Below are positions 39,346 through 48,754 of a stretch of 64,000 bases of DNA, one piece after another. Source of the DNA: a bacterium. Lineage in GTDB: Bacteria; DUMJ01. The position numbers were made by a program, and so were the translations under genes. The notes under the pieces are model-generated. The model made no database searches and was not told where the DNA came from. It saw nothing but the letters and a program-made list of their open reading frames with translations. Every line of letters begins with the position of its first letter. Position 1 is the first letter of the stretch. The stretch lies in contig DUMJ01000014.1 in assembly GCA_012839925.1 (NCBI GenBank), forward strand, positions 12,736-76,735, read 5' to 3'.

Positions 39346-39381
39346 TTAATGACAGGAAGGACAAACCCTTCCTGTCATTAA
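39346..39381 (+). promoter_or_regulatory. perfect 15-bp stem-loop between binding-protein gene and permease genes (intra-operon attenuator/mRNA stabiliser)
   Basis: ttaatgacaggaagg-acaaac-ccttcctgtcattaa. No U-tract follows. It ends 4 nt before the purine-rich SD of the permease gene. Confidence 0.45.
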
Positions 39382-39394
39382 AAGGGATAAGAAG

Positions 39395-40285
39395 ATGGTA
39401 GAATTTTTACAACAGATGATAAATGGTATAGCGTTGGGAAGTATCTATGCACTGATAGCCTTAGGGTATACTATGGTGTATGGGATACTGGGACTTATTA
39501 ATTTTGCCCATGGAGATATATACATGGTCGGAGCATTCGCTGGCTATTTCGCTATGACATTATTTAAGTGGGGAATAGTTCCCTCCTTTATCTTTTCTAT
39601 GCTGGTATGTGCTCTATTAGGAGTAAGTATAGAAAGATTTGCATATAAGCCTCTTAGAAACGCTCCACGTATAGCGGTTTTAACAACCGCTATAGGGGTT
39701 TCTTTTCTGCTTGAAAATTTAGGAGTTATATTTTGGACTCCTACACCCAGAGCTTTTCCTCAGGTGATACCACTTAAGATATATCAGGGTATATATGAAA
39801 GGTTTGGAGTAATTATAAATAATAGACAGATAGTTATCGTATCTATCTCTATCGCACTGATGATTCTTCTCCAGTTTATAGTAAATAGAACCAAGATAGG
39901 TATGGCTATGAGAGCAGTCTCATCTGACAGAGAGACTGCATGGATGATGGGTGTTAATATAGATCACGTAATATCATTTACTTTTGCTATAGGTTCTATG
40001 CTGGCAGCTGCTGGTGGAGTTCTGGTTGGGATTTACTTTAACAGGATAGACCCTCTTATGGGCGTTATGCCAGGTATAAAGGCATTTGTAGCTGCTGTTC
40101 TTGGGGGAATAGGAATAATACCCGGAGCTATGGTTGGTGGTTTTATTTTGGGGATTGCAGAAATTCTTGTCTCAGCATTTATAGCATCTTCCTATAGAGA
40201 TGCCATAGCCTTTGCTATACTTATATTGATACTGCTGGTAAGACCTTCCGGAATATTTGGAACCGCAGCCAGGGAGAAGGTGTAG
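39395..40285 (+). CDS. livH: branched-chain amino acid ABC transporter permease (LivH family)
   Basis: 296 aa, about 8 TM segments, BPD_transp_2 layout. Confidence 0.8.
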   Translation: MVEFLQQMINGIALGSIYALIALGYTMVYGILGLINFAHGDIYMVGAFAGYFAMTLFKWGIVPSFIFSMLVCALLGVSIERFAYKPLRNAPRIAVLTTAIGVSFLLENLGVIFWTPTPRAFPQVIPLKIYQGIYERFGVIINNRQIVIVSISIALMILLQFIVNRTKIGMAMRAVSSDRETAWMMGVNIDHVISFTFAIGSMLAAAGGVLVGIYFNRIDPLMGVMPGIKAFVAAVLGGIGIIPGAMVGGFILGIAEILVSAFIASSYRDAIAFAILILILLVRPSGIFGTAAREKV

Positions 40286-40288
40286 AGT

Positions 40289-41221
40289 ATGGAAAGATTA
40301 AAGAATCTCAGATATCTTTTAGTGGTTATTGGAATACTTATTATATATGGAATTGATCTTTTATCACCAAATATAAGTCCTTATTACCTGCAGATAATCA
40401 TATTTTCTGGGATAAATATTATACTTGCAGTAAGTTTAAATGTAATAAATGGGCTCTGTGGTCAATTCTCTCTGGGACATGCTGGTTTTATGGCTGTTGG
40501 TGCTTACTTTTCTTCTTTTCTAACATTCTATTATAGAATACCATTTCCCATAGCCCTTATACTGGGAGGCATATTAGCTGGAATAGTTGGACTTGGAGTT
40601 GGAATTCCTACCTTGAGATTACGGGGAGATTATTTAGCTATAGCCACGCTGGGGATGGGAGAGATAATCAGAGTAATATTGTTTAATCTTGACATAGTTG
40701 GAGGAGCAAGAGGTTTCCCGGGTATACCAAAATACACAAACTTCTTCTGGGTATATCTTGCAGTTGCAGTTGTATTAATAAGTTCGTATAATCTTTTAAG
40801 GAGTCCACAGGGTAGAGCTATCCTCTCAATAAGAGAGGACGAGATAGCGTCTGAAGCTATGGGGGTAGATACTACCAGATTCAAGATCTTTGCCTTTATC
40901 TTTGGTTCATTCTGGGCTGGGGTAGCAGGAGGACTCTGGGCGCACTATCTTCAATTTCTGCACCCAAGTTCATTTACATTTATGAAATCGGTAGAGGTCC
41001 TGGTTATGGTAGTCCTGGGAGGATTGGGAAATATAAGTGGTGCGGCAGTTTCAGCTGTATTTCTCACATTTCTTCCCGAGGCTCTCAGGTATATAAAAGT
41101 GATATTTAATACAACCGTAGACCCGAGAATGGTTATATATTCTCTGATCCTTATATTAACAATGTTATTGAGACCTCAGGGGTTATTGGGAGGATATAGA
41201 AGGAAGGTTAAGGTTCAATGA
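40289..41221 (+). CDS. livM: branched-chain amino acid ABC transporter permease (LivM family)
   Basis: 310 aa polytopic permease, BPD_transp_2 family. Confidence 0.8.
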   Translation: MERLKNLRYLLVVIGILIIYGIDLLSPNISPYYLQIIIFSGINIILAVSLNVINGLCGQFSLGHAGFMAVGAYFSSFLTFYYRIPFPIALILGGILAGIVGLGVGIPTLRLRGDYLAIATLGMGEIIRVILFNLDIVGGARGFPGIPKYTNFFWVYLAVAVVLISSYNLLRSPQGRAILSIREDEIASEAMGVDTTRFKIFAFIFGSFWAGVAGGLWAHYLQFLHPSSFTFMKSVEVLVMVVLGGLGNISGAAVSAVFLTFLPEALRYIKVIFNTTVDPRMVIYSLILILTMLLRPQGLLGGYRRKVKVQ

Positions 41222-41988
41222 GTCTATTGAGACTAAATGATGTTATGGTAGCATTTGGAGGACTCCTGGCGGTATCTAATTTTGACCTTAATGTAGAGGA
41301 TAGAGAGCTCATAGGATTGATAGGTCCAAATGGAGCAGGTAAAACTACTATTTTTAATGTTATTACAGGATTCCATACACCTGTCAGGGGTAGTGTTATA
41401 TTTTCTGGAGTTGATATAACTGGTAAATTGCCAAATTATATAGCAAAACTGGGTATCTCCAGGACTTTTCAGAACATCAGACTCTTCCAAAATCTTACAG
41501 TTCTGGAAAATGTGATGATAGGGTCACAGATACATTCACGTATCTCTTATATTCATTCGCTATTAAGAACATCTTACTTTTACAGAGAGGAGTTCAAAAT
41601 AGAGAAAAATGCTATGAAGGCTTTAGAACTTGTAGGACTTGAAAGATTAAGAGATGAGATAGCGAAGAATCTACCCTACGGAGATCAGCGCAAGTTGGAG
41701 ATAGCCAGAGCTATAGCTACCGAGCCAAGATTAATACTTTTGGACGAACCAGCTGCTGGTATGAACCCCAGGGAGACGGATGAACTTATGAATATGATAA
41801 AGTTCCTAAGAAACGAATTAAATCTGACGATACTTTTAATAGAACATGATATGCATGTGGTTATGAATATATGTGAAAGAGTGATAGTATTAAATTATGG
41901 AGAGATAATAGCAGAAGGAGCTCCGGACGAGATAAAAAGTAAGCCAGAGGTGCTCGAAGCCTATCTGGGCAGCGTAGCAGTAGGATAG
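41218..41988 (+). CDS. livG: branched-chain amino acid ABC transporter ATP-binding protein (LivG-like)
   Basis: Walker [13 protein letters not shown] signature, Walker B LLDEPAAG. Carries the LivG-specific insertion ([20 protein letters not shown]). Confidence 0.8.
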   Translation: MSLLRLNDVMVAFGGLLAVSNFDLNVEDRELIGLIGPNGAGKTTIFNVITGFHTPVRGSVIFSGVDITGKLPNYIAKLGISRTFQNIRLFQNLTVLENVMIGSQIHSRISYIHSLLRTSYFYREEFKIEKNAMKALELVGLERLRDEIAKNLPYGDQRKLEIARAIATEPRLILLDEPAAGMNPRETDELMNMIKFLRNELNLTILLIEHDMHVVMNICERVIVLNYGEIIAEGAPDEIKSKPEVLEAYLGSVAVG

Positions 41989-42002
41989 ATGGAGGTGTAA
42001 AG

Positions 42003-43181
42003 GTGAAAAAATATATCAAATACTTCAATGCTGAATCAGTAACTGAAGGGCATCCCGATAAGATTGCTGATCAGATCTCAGATGCTATACTGGATAGTTA
42101 TCTGGAAGTGGACCCTGAGTCCAGAGTTGCATGTGAAACTCTGGTAACACTTGGTTTAGTCCATGTGACGGGGGAAGTATCAAGCATGGCATTAATTGAT
42201 GTGAATAAAGTAATAAGGGATACTGTAAGAGATATAGGATATACAGATGCTTCTTATGGATTTGATGCAGACAGTTGTGGAATACTGGTTTCTCTGAAAG
42301 AGCAGTCTCCTGATATAGCCAGAGGGGTAATAAAAAAGGATAGAGAAATAGGTGCTGGGGACCAGGGACTTATGTTTGGTTATGCAACCAATGAGGCTAT
42401 GGATGTTATGGAGAGTGCATCATATATGCCTACTCCTATAATATTAGCTCATCGATTGGCATATAGACTGGCAGAAGTTAGAAAATCCGGTTTTCTTCCA
42501 TATCTTAGACCTGATGGTAAGACACAGGTTACTGTTGTTTATGAGGGAGATAAGCCTGTAAGGGTGGACAGGGTGGTCATTGCTGCTCAACATAGTCCTG
42601 ACATAGAAATGGAAAGATTAAGAAAAGAGATGATAGAGTATGTGATCAGATTTGTGATCCCTCCAGAATGGCTGGATAAAGAGACTAAATATTATATAAA
42701 TGCTACCGACAGGTTTGTGATAGGTGGTCCAGCTGGAGATGCGGGTCTTACCGGTCGTAAGATTATAGTAGATACATATGGTGGGATGGCTCATCATGGA
42801 GGAGGAAGCTTCTCCGGGAAGGACCCAACAAAGGTTGACAGGTCTGCATCATATATGGCAAGATACGCCGCAAAGAATATAGTAGCGAGTGGTTTAGCTG
42901 ATAAATGTGAGGTCCATGTAGCTTATGTTATAGGTGTAAGTGAACCAATCTCTCTTTATGTGGAGACATTTAATACCGAAAAGGTCGATCCAGAAAAATT
43001 GAACAGGGTGGTAAAGGAAATCTTTGACTTTAGACCTAGAGGTATAATAGAAACATTTGATCTCAGAAGACCTATATATAAGAAGACAGCTGCATATGGT
43101 CACTTTGGGAGGATAGATGTAGACTTACCATGGGAGAGACTTGATAAAGTAGATGAATTAAAGAATGCCTTTAATTTATAA
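42003..43181 (+). CDS. metK: S-adenosylmethionine synthetase
   Basis: N-terminus [26 protein letters not shown] motif. 392 aa. Confidence 0.9.
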   Translation: MKKYIKYFNAESVTEGHPDKIADQISDAILDSYLEVDPESRVACETLVTLGLVHVTGEVSSMALIDVNKVIRDTVRDIGYTDASYGFDADSCGILVSLKEQSPDIARGVIKKDREIGAGDQGLMFGYATNEAMDVMESASYMPTPIILAHRLAYRLAEVRKSGFLPYLRPDGKTQVTVVYEGDKPVRVDRVVIAAQHSPDIEMERLRKEMIEYVIRFVIPPEWLDKETKYYINATDRFVIGGPAGDAGLTGRKIIVDTYGGMAHHGGGSFSGKDPTKVDRSASYMARYAAKNIVASGLADKCEVHVAYVIGVSEPISLYVETFNTEKVDPEKLNRVVKEIFDFRPRGIIETFDLRRPIYKKTAAYGHFGRIDVDLPWERLDKVDELKNAFNL

Positions 43182-45093
43182 GGTTCTTATAGATAGGAGT
43201 TCGCCTAAGGATTTAATATTTAGCTACTCGGGTAATGAAGATTTTCAAACAGGAGATTATGTTGTTGTTCCTCTGAGGGGGAACATTGCTAAAGGATATG
43301 TAATAGAAAAGGAAGAAGGACCCACTTCAGAGGTTAAAGAGATAACAGGTAGGATATTTGACCTTCCGGTAGTTTTGCCCTATATATTAGAGCTGGTGCA
43401 CTGGTTTAAAATCTATTATATGTGTAATCTTTCTCAGGCGCTGGCAACGGTAATACCCCCCGAGATAAGGGGGGTTAAAGTTTTATACAGAGATAACAGG
43501 CTAGAGATTAAACACCCAAAGGTTAGAAAAAAGAAAAAATATAAAAATTATTTAGATTTTATTGAGATATCTCAATGTAATATGCCCATACCAGATAATT
43601 TTTCTAGACTCCTGGCAAATATTCCGATAGAAAAAAGAATCAGTTTATATTTTAAACTTATAAAAAAAGAGCTGGAAGCAGATCGGGGAAGTATTGTCCT
43701 TTTCCCTGAAGTTGAAATGTTAATCGATTTAGAAGATAGGTTTAGAGAATTATTTGGGGAAGACCTTGCTGTAATGCATAGTAGACAGACACCGGCGGTA
43801 AGGTATGGAGAGTGGTGGCGTATAAGAAGAGGAGAAGCAAAGGTAGTCCTAGGAACAAGATCCGGGGTATTTGTCCCAATGAAAGACCCTGGACTTATAA
43901 TCCTGGATGAAGAACAAAGTGATAGCTATAAAGATGAGAGTAGACCTCTCTATGATGCAAGAACAGTAGCCTGTAAGTTGCAGGAATTAACCGGATGTAA
44001 GATAGTATTTGGTAGTAGTACCCCTACTCTGGAGACATATAAAGAGGCGATAGAGGGTAAAATATCACTTCTATCTGAGGATCAGTTGAGGGACCTATCC
44101 AATATAAGACTGGTGAATATGAGGGGTAAAAGGGGATTTTTCAGCAGAGAACTTATATCTTACTGTAAGGCAACGCTATCCAGGAAAAAACAGATAATCA
44201 TACTGGTCAATCGGAAGGGATATTTTACTATAGAGATATGCAAGAAATGTGGATATATACAGAGGTGTCCAGATTGTAACACTGTCCTTGTCTATCATAA
44301 AGATGAAGGACTTGTATGCCATTACTGTGGTTATAAGGCAGAAAGAATAGAGGTATGTCCTCAATGTAATGGGAAGATGGAATCCTTCGGGTATGGCACA
44401 GAAAGAATAGAAGACATAACGCATAAATTATTTCCTAAAGCCAGAATATCCAGACTTGATGCTGACCTTTCCGAGAAGGAGATAGATGAGATATGGAAGA
44501 AGTTTACAGAAGGGCATATAGATATCCTGGTTGGAACGCAGATGATAGCCAGGGGTTTCCGTCTACCGAATGTATATCTAGCTGGTATCCTGGTACCAGA
44601 TACCAGTCTGAATATTCCGGACTTTAGATCCAGCGAAAAGATTTTTAATCTCATATATTCTTTAGCAGAACAGGCTAAAGATGATAAACACGTAATTATC
44701 CAGACTCTGAATCCAGATTATTATCCAATAAAATATGCGGTTAGACTGGATTACAAAGATTTTTACCAGTATGAAGTTCGTTTACGGAGGACACTCGGAT
44801 ATCCTCCATACAGTCGTATAATCAGGATAATTGTCTCTGGACTGGAAGAGGAGGGAGTAAAGACGATCATTTCCTCCCTGGCTCAGGATATAGAAAGAAA
44901 GCTCGGTATATCATACTCTGGTCCAGCCAGGGCACCCTTATATAAGATGAGAGGAAGATTTTACTGGCATATACTTTTGAAGATAAAGGATCTGAATCTG
45001 GACATATTAAAAGTTGTAAAAGAAATTATAAATTCCTATAATTATAAAGGGATAGATATAATGGTGGATGTGGATCCTGTATCTACCGTATAG
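43165..45093 (+). CDS. priA: primosomal protein N' (PriA) with degenerate ATPase motifs (pseudohelicase-like)
   Basis: N-terminal 3'-DNA-binding domain. Zinc-binding cysteine cluster CKKCG...CPDC...CHYCG...CPQCNG. PriA C-terminal domain. The Walker A position reads ANIPIEKR (not GVTGSGKT), DEEQ replaces DEEH, and the motif VI region reads SLAEQAKD (not QVAGRAGR). Confidence 0.8.
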   Translation: MPLIYKVLIDRSSPKDLIFSYSGNEDFQTGDYVVVPLRGNIAKGYVIEKEEGPTSEVKEITGRIFDLPVVLPYILELVHWFKIYYMCNLSQALATVIPPEIRGVKVLYRDNRLEIKHPKVRKKKKYKNYLDFIEISQCNMPIPDNFSRLLANIPIEKRISLYFKLIKKELEADRGSIVLFPEVEMLIDLEDRFRELFGEDLAVMHSRQTPAVRYGEWWRIRRGEAKVVLGTRSGVFVPMKDPGLIILDEEQSDSYKDESRPLYDARTVACKLQELTGCKIVFGSSTPTLETYKEAIEGKISLLSEDQLRDLSNIRLVNMRGKRGFFSRELISYCKATLSRKKQIIILVNRKGYFTIEICKKCGYIQRCPDCNTVLVYHKDEGLVCHYCGYKAERIEVCPQCNGKMESFGYGTERIEDITHKLFPKARISRLDADLSEKEIDEIWKKFTEGHIDILVGTQMIARGFRLPNVYLAGILVPDTSLNIPDFRSSEKIFNLIYSLAEQAKDDKHVIIQTLNPDYYPIKYAVRLDYKDFYQYEVRLRRTLGYPPYSRIIRIIVSGLEEEGVKTIISSLAQDIERKLGISYSGPARAPLYKMRGRFYWHILLKIKDLNLDILKVVKEIINSYNYKGIDIMVDVDPVSTV

Positions 45094-45111
45094 AATTCAG
45101 GAGGTAAAGCA

Positions 45112-45576
45112 ATGTCAGGTTTGGCTATAAGAATATATGGGGACCCTGTCTTAAGACAGAAGGCACTCCCAATAAAGAATATAGATAGAAGAGTAAGAAG
45201 ATTAGCTAAATATATGGAAGAAGCTATGGATAAGGCTAATGGTGTGGGATTAGCTGCCCCTCAGGTTGGAGTGAGTGAGAGAATCATTGTGGTAAAGGTA
45301 AAATCCCCTATAGTACTGGTAAATCCTGTGATTACTTATATGGAGGGAGAAGATTTAGCTGAGGAGGGTTGCTTAAGTCTTCCCAATGTGGTAGGTGATG
45401 TTGGCAGGGCAACTAGAGTTGTGGTGAAAGGTTTGGATTTAAATGAGAGAGAGATAGAGGTGGAGGCTAAGAATCTTCTTGCCAGAGCATTTCAGCATGA
45501 GATAGACCATCTGGACGGCATTCTTTTTATAGACAGGGCGGTATCTATCAGGAGGGTTGAAGAATCATCAGATTAG
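45112..45576 (+). CDS. def: peptide deformylase
   Basis: GVGLAAPQVG, EGCLSLP and QHEIDHLDG motifs. 154 aa. Confidence 0.85.
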   Translation: MSGLAIRIYGDPVLRQKALPIKNIDRRVRRLAKYMEEAMDKANGVGLAAPQVGVSERIIVVKVKSPIVLVNPVITYMEGEDLAEEGCLSLPNVVGDVGRATRVVVKGLDLNEREIEVEAKNLLARAFQHEIDHLDGILFIDRAVSIRRVEESSD

Positions 45577-46478
45577 TATTCTTTGGCACTCCAGAGTTTT
45601 CTATACCGTCTTTAGAGTATTTACGAGATAGGATATCTCTGGTTATAACTAGGCCGGACAGACCTCAGGGGAGAGGGCTTAAAGTCCTTTCAACACCTGT
45701 AAAATCTAAGGCTATAGAATTACGTATACCTGTGCTTTCTCCAGAGCGTCTTATCGATATAAAAGATAAATTAACCGGGTTTGACCTTGGAGTTGTGGTT
45801 GCATATGGACTTATTATCCCAAGAAAAATCATAAACCTGTTTCCCATGGGAATTATAAATCTTCACCCATCCCTATTACCCAAATACAGAGGAGCAGCCC
45901 CAATTCAGTGGGCTCTATTAAATGGAGAGGAGGAGACAGGGGTAAGCATAATATATCTCACCGAAGAGCTGGATGCTGGGGATATCATAATACAGGAGAA
46001 AGTCAAAATCCTGCCAGAAGATAATGCAGAAACCTTATCTTCAAGATTAAGTGTTATCGGAGCGAATGTTCTGGCAAAAGCTGTTGAATTGATTGAAAAT
46101 AATAATGTCAGACCTGTCCCGCAAAATTCTTTAGGGATACCATCATATGCCCCCAAAATTGAGCCTCAGATGGGTAGGATAGATTGGAATACAGGTGCAA
46201 GAGATATTGTAAATAAAGTCAGAGCACTCTCTCTCTGGCCAGGAGCTTATTTTTACAGTAAGGGTATCAAGGTTAATATGTTGGAGGCTGAAGTTTCCCC
46301 TATTAACGGAGAAGCAGGCAAGGTGATCGATATAGGGGATAATGGTATCCTGGTTGGGAGTAGAGATGGATCTGTGTGGATTAAAAAGATACGACCGGAA
46401 AACAGAAAGATAATGAGCGGGTTAGATTTCGCCAATGGATACAGAATAAAAATAGGAGACCCTATCTCCGATGGATGA
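45564..46478 (+). CDS. fmt: methionyl-tRNA formyltransferase; start codon uncertain (no canonical start upstream of conserved N-terminus)
   Basis: The conserved N-terminus RIIRLVFFGTPEFSIPSLEYL is encoded from 45561 in the same frame as the first canonical start, GTG at 45732. Only ATC/ATA codons are available before it. The rest matches Fmt (HPSLLPKYRGAAPIQWA). Follows def. Confidence 0.75.
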   Translation: MIRLVFFGTPEFSIPSLEYLRDRISLVITRPDRPQGRGLKVLSTPVKSKAIELRIPVLSPERLIDIKDKLTGFDLGVVVAYGLIIPRKIINLFPMGIINLHPSLLPKYRGAAPIQWALLNGEEETGVSIIYLTEELDAGDIIIQEKVKILPEDNAETLSSRLSVIGANVLAKAVELIENNNVRPVPQNSLGIPSYAPKIEPQMGRIDWNTGARDIVNKVRALSLWPGAYFYSKGIKVNMLEAEVSPINGEAGKVIDIGDNGILVGSRDGSVWIKKIRPENRKIMSGLDFANGYRIKIGDPISDG

Positions 46479-47742
46479 GATAATAAAAGCTAAAGTCCTG
46501 GCATATAACATACTTAAACTGGTGGACAAGAAGGGAGCTTTTGCCAATGTATTGCTCAGGGAAAGGTTAAAGGACAAGAAATTTCCAGTATCCCTACATC
46601 CTCTTGTAACAGATATCGTATATGGCGTCCTCAGAAGACAGAACACGATAGATTGGTATATATCAAATTTCTCAAAGATAGAACGATTAACCTTAGAGAT
46701 TCTTATTCTACTCAGAATAGGCGTATATCAAATCTTATATCACAATACCCCGGCACCCCTTATAGTAAATGAAACGGTGGAGATTGGAAAAAGAGTGATC
46801 AGTAGAAAAGGGGGGAACCTGATAAATGCAGTTCTGAGAAAGATATCAAATAGCAGTAATTTAAGACCATCTGAAAAGGACCTGGTCTACTCACATCCGA
46901 CCTGGCTGATAGAAAAATGGGAAAGAGAATTGGGAGTAGACGAAACTGGTCAGCTCTGTGAGAGGAATAATAGACCTGTACCTTTAAGTTTTCGAGTCAA
47001 TATATTAAAAACCAGTATAGAAGAGGTGGAGAATTCTCTATCTGAAGAGGGAATAATCGTAGAGAGGGGAAGATTTAGTAAGAACTGTCTTATCCTGAGA
47101 GAAGGGATAGTTCGACCGATATCCTGTTTAGAAGAAGAAGGGAAAGTATTTATTCAGTCCGAGTCATCAATGGTTGTGGCAGAAAAATTAGAGTTAGATT
47201 CTGGTCTTAAGGTACTGGATGGATGCTCCGGTTATGGAGGAAAAACTATCTATGCAGGAGAACTTATGAGAAATAGTGGAGAAATCATTGCGGTTGACAG
47301 GGTTAAGAATAAACTGGATATCCTTAAAAGAATAGCCAGTAAGCATAGTGTTTCTATAATTAAGACTATACACTCCCCCCTGGAGGAGCTTACCATAGAC
47401 AGGGTGGGATACGTGGATAGGGTATTACTGGATGTGCCATGCTCAGGGCTGGGAACACTTTCACGCAGACCTGAGATAAAGTGGAGATTGAAGCCTGAAG
47501 ACATCTCAAGGTTATCTTCAGCTCAAAAAAGAATCCTTGATGCTGGTTCAAGATTTTTAAAAACTGGGGGTATACTTATCTATAGTGCCTGTACAATCTC
47601 CAGGGATGAAACATATGATATAATAAAATCATTTCTTGAGAATAATAGGGGGTTTGATTTGATAGAAGAGGTACAATTCTTCCCTCATAGGGATGATGTT
47701 GAGGGATTTTATATGGCAAAGCTTAAGAAAAATGTTGCCTAG
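46471..47742 (+). CDS. rsmB: 16S rRNA (cytosine967-C5)-methyltransferase RsmB/Sun
   Basis: NusB-like N-terminal domain. SAM-dependent MTase with DVPCSGLG and the catalytic Cys (YSACT). 423 aa. Confidence 0.8.
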   Translation: MDEIIKAKVLAYNILKLVDKKGAFANVLLRERLKDKKFPVSLHPLVTDIVYGVLRRQNTIDWYISNFSKIERLTLEILILLRIGVYQILYHNTPAPLIVNETVEIGKRVISRKGGNLINAVLRKISNSSNLRPSEKDLVYSHPTWLIEKWERELGVDETGQLCERNNRPVPLSFRVNILKTSIEEVENSLSEEGIIVERGRFSKNCLILREGIVRPISCLEEEGKVFIQSESSMVVAEKLELDSGLKVLDGCSGYGGKTIYAGELMRNSGEIIAVDRVKNKLDILKRIASKHSVSIIKTIHSPLEELTIDRVGYVDRVLLDVPCSGLGTLSRRPEIKWRLKPEDISRLSSAQKRILDAGSRFLKTGGILIYSACTISRDETYDIIKSFLENNRGFDLIEEVQFFPHRDDVEGFYMAKLKKNVA

Positions 47743-48754
47743 TATACTGGATTTAGATATAAAAGGGATAGAAGATATCGTATCTGAACAGGGTTACGAG
47801 AGATACAGGGCAAAACAGGTTATTGAATGGATATATAAAAAGGGAAAGTTAGATTTTGATGGTATGAGCAACCTCCCTGCTGAATTGCGTGAGTTTTTGT
47901 CCTGTAATTTCTCTATATTACCATTTGAGATCATTCAGAGTTATAAGTCTGAGGATACCGTAAAATTTTTGTTCAGGACTGACGATGACATGATCTTTGA
48001 ATCGGTAGTTATATTTCATCCTGATAGAGGCATCCTCTGTCTCTCTACCCAGATAGGGTGTCCTGTCAGGTGCAGATTCTGTGCAAGTGGAGAGAATTTT
48101 TATAGAAACCTAAGATATGAGGAGATAATAGGACAGTATATATTTGCCAGGAACTATATAAAGAGAGATATAAGAGGGATAGTCTTTATGGGGATGGGGG
48201 AGCCATTACTTAATGAAGAATCACTCTATAGAACAATAGATGTACTTACAGAAATAATAGGAATCTCTCCAAGGCATATAACCGTCTCTACTTCAGGTAT
48301 ACCTAAAGGGATTTTAAACATAGCCCGCCGAAATCCAAAGGTCAGATTGGCTCTTTCTCTCTGGACTCCAGAAGAAGAAGAGAGGGAAAAGTTAGTGCCT
48401 GTATCTAAGATCTATCCCTTAAGTGAGGTTATAGAGAGTTTAAGGAGATACGTGGAGATTACAAAAAACAGGGTATCAATTGAATATACGCTTCTTAAAG
48501 GGATCAATGATGGAATAGGCGATGTCCACAAATTAATCTCTCTTTTTAGAGATATGCCGGTATTTTTCAATGTTATATTGTATAATCCAAAAGATGAGGA
48601 TACAAAAATCTACCAGACTTCAGTGGAAGAGGCTTTGAGATTTGTAGATCTGTTGAAGAGGTCAGGTAAAGAAGCTCACCTCAGGGTTAGTAAGGGGGGT
48701 AAAATATCAGGGGCATGTGGTCAGTTGAGGGCGGTATATGAGAGATCTAAGTGA
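47732..48754 (+). CDS. rlmN: 23S rRNA (adenine2503-C2)-methyltransferase RlmN (radical SAM)
   Basis: CxxxCxxC (GCPVRCRFCASG). The RlmN-type N-terminus MLPSILDL...RAKQVIEWIY begins at the ATG at 47732; the in-frame ATG at 47693 lies inside the rsmB 3' end. Confidence 0.8.
   Translation: MLPSILDLDIKGIEDIVSEQGYERYRAKQVIEWIYKKGKLDFDGMSNLPAELREFLSCNFSILPFEIIQSYKSEDTVKFLFRTDDDMIFESVVIFHPDRGILCLSTQIGCPVRCRFCASGENFYRNLRYEEIIGQYIFARNYIKRDIRGIVFMGMGEPLLNEESLYRTIDVLTEIIGISPRHITVSTSGIPKGILNIARRNPKVRLALSLWTPEEEEREKLVPVSKIYPLSEVIESLRRYVEITKNRVSIEYTLLKGINDGIGDVHKLISLFRDMPVFFNVILYNPKDEDTKIYQTSVEEALRFVDLLKRSGKEAHLRVSKGGKISGACGQLRAVYERSK

Noticed and set aside
41989-42002. SAM riboswitch upstream of metK
   Set aside because: Only 14 nt separate the livG stop from the metK start, so there is no room for a riboswitch. 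metK is co-transcribed or its regulatory element is absent.
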